A stretch of 45,089 bases of DNA from a virus, in IMG/VR virus record IMGVR_UViG_3300027858_000001, positions 1 to 45,089 of that record; one strand, 5' to 3'. Positions 22,036 to 28,125 of this stretch are shown one piece after another (positions within the stretch are counted from its first letter, which is position 1; every line of letters begins with the position of its first letter). Below the pieces are notes generated by a model. It worked only from the letters and a program-made list of their open reading frames with translations, had not been told where the DNA came from and ran no database searches. The position numbers and the translations under genes are program-made.

Positions 22036-22338
22036 ATGGGTGTCCGAGAGAATAAAGTGGAGACGTACCTGACCGATGAGGTCAGGAAACTGGGAGGCGA
22101 TACCCGTAAGTGGGTGTGCCCTGACCACAGCGGTGTGCCCGATAGAATTGTGGGGGTACCGGGGATCTCCCCTGTATTCGTTGAAGTGAAGACCGTGGAC
22201 GGCCAGTTACTACCAAGCCAGATACGAGAACTCCCACGACTCAGAGATGGTATGGGCCTTGAGGTGGTCACGGTATACGGACACTATCAAGTTGATCTCC
22301 TGATCATAGAACTAAAGGAACGATTAAATAATGCTTAA
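22036..22338 (+). CDS. VRR-NUC domain nuclease (100 aa)
   Basis: The SGVPDRIVG...VFVEVKTVDGQLLPSQ block matches the VRR-NUC catalytic core. Confidence 0.75.
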   Translation: MGVRENKVETYLTDEVRKLGGDTRKWVCPDHSGVPDRIVGVPGISPVFVEVKTVDGQLLPSQIRELPRLRDGMGLEVVTVYGHYQVDLLIIELKERLNNA

Positions 22339-24817
22339 CCCTGGCGACCTGTACGACTACCAAAAAGAGGCGGTGCTCCACCAGCTGTACAACCCTGAGA
22401 CAATGCTCTGGTTGCAAATGGGCCTGGGCAAAGAGCAACCGAACTCCGAACCATTGCTGACCCCCGACGGGTGGCGACCCCTCGGTGACATCGTACCCGG
22501 TGATAGTGTCATCGGTGCTAACGGTGAGCCGACCGAAGTGCTGAGAGTGTACCCGCAAGGGGATAAAGAAGTGGTCACTATTACCTTCGGTGACGGCACG
22601 TTCGCCCGGTGCGGGTGGGACCATCTATGGAACGTTAAGACGAACCACGATGTGATGTCAGGGAAACCGTGGAGGGTGATGACTACACGCGCAATCGTTG
22701 ATTCAGGGTTGGACCAAGGTAGTAACAGTAAATACCTGATACCAATCTGTAAGCCGGTGACCTACTCCCATCGCGACCTACCGGTGGATCCTTACTTACT
22801 GGGGGTCATCCTTGGCGACGGCACCGTATCAGAGGCGAGCGGCATAGTCATCTGCACCGATACCGAAATCGTGACTAAATGTGGAGCGTCATCTATCAAG
22901 CTGCATGAGACCTCTGCATATACCAGCTATGGGTACATCTCCCAAATCAAACAGCACATGCGTGATCTTAATTTGATGGGTAAGCGTAGCTGGGAAAAGC
23001 ATTTACCGGGAGAATACCTGCGAGCATCAATCAACCAACGGTTGTCGGTGTTACAGGGGTTACTAGACACCGACGGATCCCCCATGAAATCGGGAGGAGT
23101 GGAGTTCTGTTCCACCAGTGAGGATCTTGCGGACGCGGTGGTTGACCTGACCCAATCGCTCGGAGGGATCGCTCGCAAATCAGGTCCCAGGGTTACCCGT
23201 CATCAGGGTGGGCTAGGGCACCCGTCGTTCAGGGTTAATGTCAAACTGCCGCTAGATTTCATCCCGTTCACCTTAGCTCGAAAATTGGTACGATGGGTCC
23301 GCCCTACGAAGTACCAACCACATCGCCGCATACGGTCTATCAAGGTGACCGGCCACGAAGCGTCCACCTGCATCAGTGTTGCTGCTCCTGATAATTTATA
23401 CCTGACCCGTAACCATGTGGTCACTCACAATACCCCGATCACCCTGACAACCATTGTGGACCGTATGCGCGCCGGTCAAGTACAAAAGACCTTGGTGTTC
23501 GGTCCATTGAGAGTTATCCACGCAGTGTGGGAGAGAGAAGCCCGTAAGTGGGATCACACCCGGCACCTACGATTCAGTGTGGTCCACGGCAATAAAGCTA
23601 AACGACACCGTGCGCTGTTCCTGGACGCAGACGTATACCTGACCAACTATGAGAACATGAATTGGATCGCAGAATATTTAGACCACTATTACACCCAGCA
23701 AAACAAGCCGTTACCGTTCCAAATGGTTGTCTACGATGAAGTCTCTAAACTCAAGAACGCCACATCGTTGAGAATGAAAGGGGGCAACCGCGACCGTAAA
23801 AACAAACGCGGAGAATACACCCCGGTGAAGTACACCGGTTGGAGAAAGATCATACCTCACATCCCATACCGCACGGGGTTAACTGGCACCCCCGCAAGCA
23901 ATGGTTATCTGGATCTTCACGGGCAATACCTCGCGGTGGATAACGGTGATCGTTTAGGGACCGGGATCACTCGGTTCAAAGATTTGTATTTTGAGTCTGA
24001 CTATAACGGGTGGACTTATACTCCCACTGAAACCGGTCGTGCGATGATCGAACAGCGTATCCATGACATCACAATTAAAATGGATACCAAGGACTATTTG
24101 ACGCTACCGCCTACTACTTATACCAACATGATGGTGGATCTGCCGCCGAAAGCACGCAAGGCATACGATCAGATTGAAGCGGACATGTTCACCCAGCTGG
24201 ACTCAGGCAACGCGATCGAGCTGTTTACTAAAAACACTATCTCGAATAAATGCCTGCAATTCTGCAACGGCGGTGTTTACCTTGTCGCGGGAGAGTCCGA
24301 GTGGGAAGCAGTTCACGACGCCAAGCTGGAAGCGCTGGACGAAGTGATCGAGGAGGCAGCCGGTCAGCCGGTGCTATGCGGTTACTCGTTTAAATCAGAC
24401 GCTGCCAGGATCATGGCCAGATATAAGCGGATGCACCCGGTTAACTTAACCGCCATGCCAGCGAGTAAGACTCCAGGAATCATCGATAAGTGGAACCGGG
24501 GCGAGATTAAACTCCTGATCGGCCACCCTGCTTCTATCGGCCACGGTGTCGATGGTCTGCAGGATAGCGGGAGCATCCTTGCATGGTTTGGTCTACCGTG
24601 GTCATTAGAGCATTACCTGCAGATGAACCAACGACTAGACCGCAACGGACAGAAACATCCGGTATCAGTCATCAGGATACTCTGTAACAATACAGTCGAC
24701 CTGGCGGTAGCGGATGCACTGGAACGCAAGGCAGATGATGAGGATGGACTCAAGTCCGCACTAGAACGCTACCGTAAAGGGATCACCACCAATGACCTTG
24801 AGGTCAACTTTTATTAA
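22331..24817 (+). CDS. SNF2/DEAD-like helicase, interrupted by an intein (828-aa precursor, 495-aa extein)
   Basis: DYQKEAV. Walker A MGLGK|T is restored after removing aa 35-367. Also YDEVSKLKN (DExx box) and C-terminal QMNQRLDRNGQ (motif VI-like). Confidence 0.85.
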   Translation: MLNPGDLYDYQKEAVLHQLYNPETMLWLQMGLGKEQPNSEPLLTPDGWRPLGDIVPGDSVIGANGEPTEVLRVYPQGDKEVVTITFGDGTFARCGWDHLWNVKTNHDVMSGKPWRVMTTRAIVDSGLDQGSNSKYLIPICKPVTYSHRDLPVDPYLLGVILGDGTVSEASGIVICTDTEIVTKCGASSIKLHETSAYTSYGYISQIKQHMRDLNLMGKRSWEKHLPGEYLRASINQRLSVLQGLLDTDGSPMKSGGVEFCSTSEDLADAVVDLTQSLGGIARKSGPRVTRHQGGLGHPSFRVNVKLPLDFIPFTLARKLVRWVRPTKYQPHRRIRSIKVTGHEASTCISVAAPDNLYLTRNHVVTHNTPITLTTIVDRMRAGQVQKTLVFGPLRVIHAVWEREARKWDHTRHLRFSVVHGNKAKRHRALFLDADVYLTNYENMNWIAEYLDHYYTQQNKPLPFQMVVYDEVSKLKNATSLRMKGGNRDRKNKRGEYTPVKYTGWRKIIPHIPYRTGLTGTPASNGYLDLHGQYLAVDNGDRLGTGITRFKDLYFESDYNGWTYTPTETGRAMIEQRIHDITIKMDTKDYLTLPPTTYTNMMVDLPPKARKAYDQIEADMFTQLDSGNAIELFTKNTISNKCLQFCNGGVYLVAGESEWEAVHDAKLEALDEVIEEAAGQPVLCGYSFKSDAARIMARYKRMHPVNLTAMPASKTPGIIDKWNRGEIKLLIGHPASIGHGVDGLQDSGSILAWFGLPWSLEHYLQMNQRLDRNGQKHPVSVIRILCNNTVDLAVADALERKADDEDGLKSALERYRKGITTNDLEVNFY
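22433..23431 (+). mobile_element. Class 3 (WCT) intein with a LAGLIDADG domain in the SNF2 helicase P-loop (333 aa)
   Basis: Boundaries are GLGK|EQPN... and ...HVVTHN|T. Block B is WDHLW, block F is STCISV and block G is VTHN. LAGLIDADG motifs are LLGVILGDGTV and VLQGLLDTDGSP. Codon positions were checked against the DNA. Confidence 0.8.
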
Positions 24818-25059
24818 TAGTTGCGTACCGGCGACAGGCGCATTGTGGCGGTGCCGGTTAGCTGCACCCTGATGGGCATCATCGATAAAACCATAGTGCC
24901 GTCACTGTCTGCAGAAAAAGTGCCCTCAATCATGTCCTGGAAGTTGCCATCACCGTCGCCTATCTCCATGGTAATGGTGCCGGTGCCGACATTGGCGCGG
25001 TATTGGTACTCACCGGATTTAGGGGTTATCGCCACGTTATGCTGCATGTTTAAGTTCAT
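24814..25059 (-). CDS. Small beta-rich protein, last gene of the late arm (81 aa)
   Basis: ATGA overlap with the upstream gene. Its stop overlaps the SNF2 stop on the opposite strand. Confidence 0.5.
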   Translation of the reverse strand: MNLNMQHNVAITPKSGEYQYRANVGTGTITMEIGDGDGNFQDMIEGTFSADSDGTMVLSMMPIRVQLTGTATMRLSPVRNY

Positions 25060-26177
25060 CGTATAGTCCTTGGCGTTAGTGATCCTGACATAATAGTGCC
25101 CGGTATTATACTACTTGTGTCTGTTATTGGTATGGCAAACGCAGCAGGATCAACTAAATTAGCCTGCTCTGCTTCTATATATTCTTGGGGCAAGACAAAT
25201 TTTCCGCCCCTAACTTCCCCCATTCGACCTTCGTATCTTCTATACGAATCATTATTATAGTAAGCACCAATCCTAAAAGCAGCGTCTCCTACAATTCCGG
25301 TCGTGTTGTTGAGCGTCACGTCTGATACTTCTACAACGCCATGAACATAACTACGCACGTAAGGAGCAGCCCTGTCCCATACTGCGTGCATTAGCGTCGT
25401 CTCACCAGCTGTAACGCCTGACCCAGCCAGCTCATCGGCGGTGACTGTTTCTAAGACTTTAAAACGGCCATTTGATTGAAACTGAACATAATTCTGAGAC
25501 GTTCCACTATCCCAATTCCCAAACAGAGCGGTGTTTGACGAAACAACATCGGCATTCTGCAGGCACGACATAGTAACGTCGGCCAAATCCAAAGCGCTTA
25601 TTGACCCTGAGATTGTCAACGCATGTAGCAACGATGAGAACTCAAGCCAGCTTGCCCCGTAAGGGTGCCCCGCAGTTGTTCCAGAGATTGAAGTCCCTGT
25701 GGTAAGGCTGGCATTGTAACCGTTCCCTGTAACGTCCTCGAATTCGCCCGCAGTACCATTACCGCTTGCCTCTGTTAGTGGGAGAACGAACTCCCAGTCT
25801 TGGTAGACTTCGTTATAACCGAAGGCCGCCCCCGGCGCTGGTTGTGTCTCCCCTGCCATGTTGTACCAGATATAGAACTCATTATCGGAAACGTCGCTTA
25901 GCGTAGGCAGATATACCTTTATCTCGCAATCCCGCAATGCTTCTATGGGATTAGTTACGAACCGTCTAACATGGCAAGCAAGTCTTGTGGCCCCTAAATC
26001 ATCAGACGAAAATCTTATATCTCCGCCACCATTTAACGCCGAGTGACTACTGCCGTTAGCGACCTCGTTTAAAAGGTTGTCGAGCGTTATTGTCACGACA
26101 AACCCTGTCAAGGCAGCGTTTATCTTGCTGCTAGGGATGGTGATTTTATGGCTTCGCCAGCCAACGGGGAACGCCAT
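25056..26177 (-). CDS. Putative receptor-binding or tail-appendage protein, DUF2341-like N-terminus plus LamG/ConA-like lectin domain (373 aa)
   Basis: The N-terminus (WRSHKITIPSSKINAALTGFVVTITL...GGDIRFSS...YIWYN) resembles DUF2341. The C-terminal half resembles LamG-type domains. Late-arm position. Confidence 0.45.
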   Translation of the reverse strand: MAFPVGWRSHKITIPSSKINAALTGFVVTITLDNLLNEVANGSSHSALNGGGDIRFSSDDLGATRLACHVRRFVTNPIEALRDCEIKVYLPTLSDVSDNEFYIWYNMAGETQPAPGAAFGYNEVYQDWEFVLPLTEASGNGTAGEFEDVTGNGYNASLTTGTSISGTTAGHPYGASWLEFSSLLHALTISGSISALDLADVTMSCLQNADVVSSNTALFGNWDSGTSQNYVQFQSNGRFKVLETVTADELAGSGVTAGETTLMHAVWDRAAPYVRSYVHGVVEVSDVTLNNTTGIVGDAAFRIGAYYNNDSYRRYEGRMGEVRGGKFVLPQEYIEAEQANLVDPAAFAIPITDTSSIIPGTIMSGSLTPRTIR

Positions 26178-26374
26178 CAGAGCTTCGCCTTTATTGCATC
26201 TTTGAAGTGCTTTGTCGATCGCAACGGCAGCCCTGCCTCGATTCTCAGCGAGTTGATTTCATCAAATAGAACCCATGCAACTGCCGTTTGTAAATCACAC
26301 GGGTCATCTATCTGTGTAACCACTGAGTCCTTCCATGCGTCGTTGATCGCTTCGCGGTGAAGTACGGAAACCAT
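26177..26374 (-). CDS. Hypothetical protein (65 aa)
   Basis: ATG 26374 lies just after the upstream TGA. A GTG at 26380 is an alternative start. Confidence 0.4.
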   Translation of the reverse strand: MVSVLHREAINDAWKDSVVTQIDDPCDLQTAVAWVLFDEINSLRIEAGLPLRSTKHFKDAIKAKL

Positions 26375-26376
26375 AA

Positions 26377-26874
26377 TCACAGCCCTACCATTTCACAGAC
26401 CCAACGCCAGCTATTAGTCCGGCAAATGTCGTCAATGGTTTGAAAGTTCAGAGGTGCCGCCGGTCGAGCCGGTCCAGTGGACGTAACCTTCCACTCGATC
26501 GGCAGTATCGGCTCGTAAGGCACACTGTCTAAACCGCCTGCGCCTTTAACCACTACCGTCGCATAGACGATGTGCGTGGTTTCTTCGTTCATCAGGTCGA
26601 ACACCAACTCTAGCTCGGTAGCATCATCGATCACGTCGCCAGTATCCGGCTCAAAAACGACCATCTTGGTGACCGGCGGATTAGGGAAGTCCTCGAACTT
26701 GGTGACCGGTTTATCCAGCGTGAAGTAATAGTCGTACCCAATAATAGTCCCCCGGTCTAACGGGTTACCCCTAGTGTCAAGCGCGGGTGGGTCGACTTTC
26801 AGCGTAAACGATCTCATCTCTGCGTAAGACACGACCGGTATCAGTAGCATTAATGTGATTAACCATTTTTTCAT
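26377..26874 (-). CDS. Secreted protein with a signal peptide (165 aa)
   Basis: AAGGAAATG RBS. The N-terminus MKKWLITLMLLIPVVSYA|EM is signal-like. No lipobox cysteine. Confidence 0.6.
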   Translation of the reverse strand: MKKWLITLMLLIPVVSYAEMRSFTLKVDPPALDTRGNPLDRGTIIGYDYYFTLDKPVTKFEDFPNPPVTKMVVFEPDTGDVIDDATELELVFDLMNEETTHIVYATVVVKGAGGLDSVPYEPILPIEWKVTSTGPARPAAPLNFQTIDDICRTNSWRWVCEMVGL

Positions 26875-26974
26875 TTTTTCATTTCCTTAAGTTTGGTTTC
26901 GTATTTGTAGATTCGCCGCTCCAATCGGTGCGCCGCCCATCGAAATAGAAGCTGTTTAATAATTACCCACATAT

Positions 26975-27382
26975 CTAATTACCGTAGAACCACTTCCCAA
27001 CATCGAAGCCTGGGCATGTTTTCCGCGTGTCCAGATCACGATGACCAACGACCTCTGCTTCTGGGTATATTTTTAGCCATTCGTTGAGCTGTATACGCAG
27101 TGCGGCAAGCTGGTTCATGGTCGCATCGCCACCCATACCGATAAGACAGACGCCAAGCGAGTCGCTGTTATTGCCTTGCCCGTCTCGGTCGAAGTCCCTA
27201 ACGTGCGCGCCTTGCCAATATATCGGGCGGCCTTGTTGAACCTCACCATCTTCGAGAATAACGGAATTGTACCCAATGCCAGACCATCCATTTTGAACGT
27301 GCCATCGGTGAATGGTTGAGGCATCGTCGCCGCGCCCCTGCGGGCTATCGCTGCAATGTGCTACCAGATATTTTATTTCCAT
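26975..27382 (-). CDS. N-acetylmuramoyl-L-alanine amidase (T7 lysozyme/PGRP type endolysin, 135 aa)
   Basis: Zinc-ligand pattern VAHCSDS ... VVGHRDL ... KTCPGFDV, as in T7 gp3.5-type amidases. Confidence 0.85.
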   Translation of the reverse strand: MEIKYLVAHCSDSPQGRGDDASTIHRWHVQNGWSGIGYNSVILEDGEVQQGRPIYWQGAHVRDFDRDGQGNNSDSLGVCLIGMGGDATMNQLAALRIQLNEWLKIYPEAEVVGHRDLDTRKTCPGFDVGKWFYGN

Positions 27383-27741
27383 GCTCCCCAGCCTCCTAAT
27401 CTAACCGCTGCCCACATTCCTCTACGCCTGAACGACGCCACGCCGTCTTGCTTCATAGCAAGGTCAAATTGCTTGTCGGCCCATTGTCTTGAACCTATGT
27501 TTTCACAATACAAGTAATCATGCAAACAAGCAGCCCGCTGATGCTTTCCTAGCTTCCCGGCGAACCATCCAAACATCCACGGGATCGAAGCCAGGTTGAA
27601 AATAAACCCTGCGGGTACAACTATCTTAATAGGGCCTGTTTCCCAGACCAGCGGCGCGGTGAGCCTAACCTTCCCTCGAACAATAACACCATCAATCACA
27701 ACGGGCGCATAGTCGAAATCTTCAATCGGAGTCGTGAACAT
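27373..27741 (-). CDS. DUF1353 family protein (122 aa)
   Basis: PAGFIFNLASIPWMFGW...AACLHDYLYC matches the DUF1353 signature. Overlaps the amidase start by 10 nt. Confidence 0.65.
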   Translation of the reverse strand: MFTTPIEDFDYAPVVIDGVIVRGKVRLTAPLVWETGPIKIVVPAGFIFNLASIPWMFGWFAGKLGKHQRAACLHDYLYCENIGSRQWADKQFDLAMKQDGVASFRRRGMWAAVRLGGWGAWK

Positions 27742-27745
27742 CTAC

Positions 27746-28117
27746 CTACATTCCATTAGACCAGATATAAAGCACAAGTGCCACCAGCGATGCCCCGAGG
27801 ATGGGGATCAACCAGCGGTACAATCTAACTTCCTTATTCTTAACACCGTCAACCGCGTCACCAAGTGTCATGAATTTAGCATCGACATTACGATGGACCC
27901 CTGATATTGAGGTGTTAAGTGACCCCATAAAATCACGATGGTTGTTCTCTGTTTGTTCCCATAACCGGGTCAACTCTTCTTTCGTTTCCCTGGTCGCAAC
28001 TAAACATCGCTCCTCATGTCCCGCTAACGCGTCAATGGCCTGTTGGCCCATCGACTCCCCTCGTTGGGCTTGCATCCTTGCTTCATGATCAATCACTAAT
28101 TCTGGCAATGGGTCCAC
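27746..28117 (-). CDS. Coiled-coil protein with a C-terminal TM anchor (up to 123 aa, start uncertain). Possible lysis accessory protein or holin-like.
   Basis: The C-terminus is LYRWLIPILGASLVALVLYIWSNGM. The GTG at 28117 abuts the RBS. A TTG at 28108 or internal ATGs are alternative starts. Confidence 0.4.
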   Translation of the reverse strand: MDPLPELVIDHEARMQAQRGESMGQQAIDALAGHEERCLVATRETKEELTRLWEQTENNHRDFMGSLNTSISGVHRNVDAKFMTLGDAVDGVKNKEVRLYRWLIPILGASLVALVLYIWSNGM

Positions 28118-28125
28118 CTCTTTAA

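Noticed and set aside
24827-24858. Hairpin (accggc...gccggt) as a bidirectional terminator at the convergent junction
   Set aside because: It has only a 6-bp stem and a 20-nt loop, has no U-tracts, and lies inside the 81-aa coding sequence.
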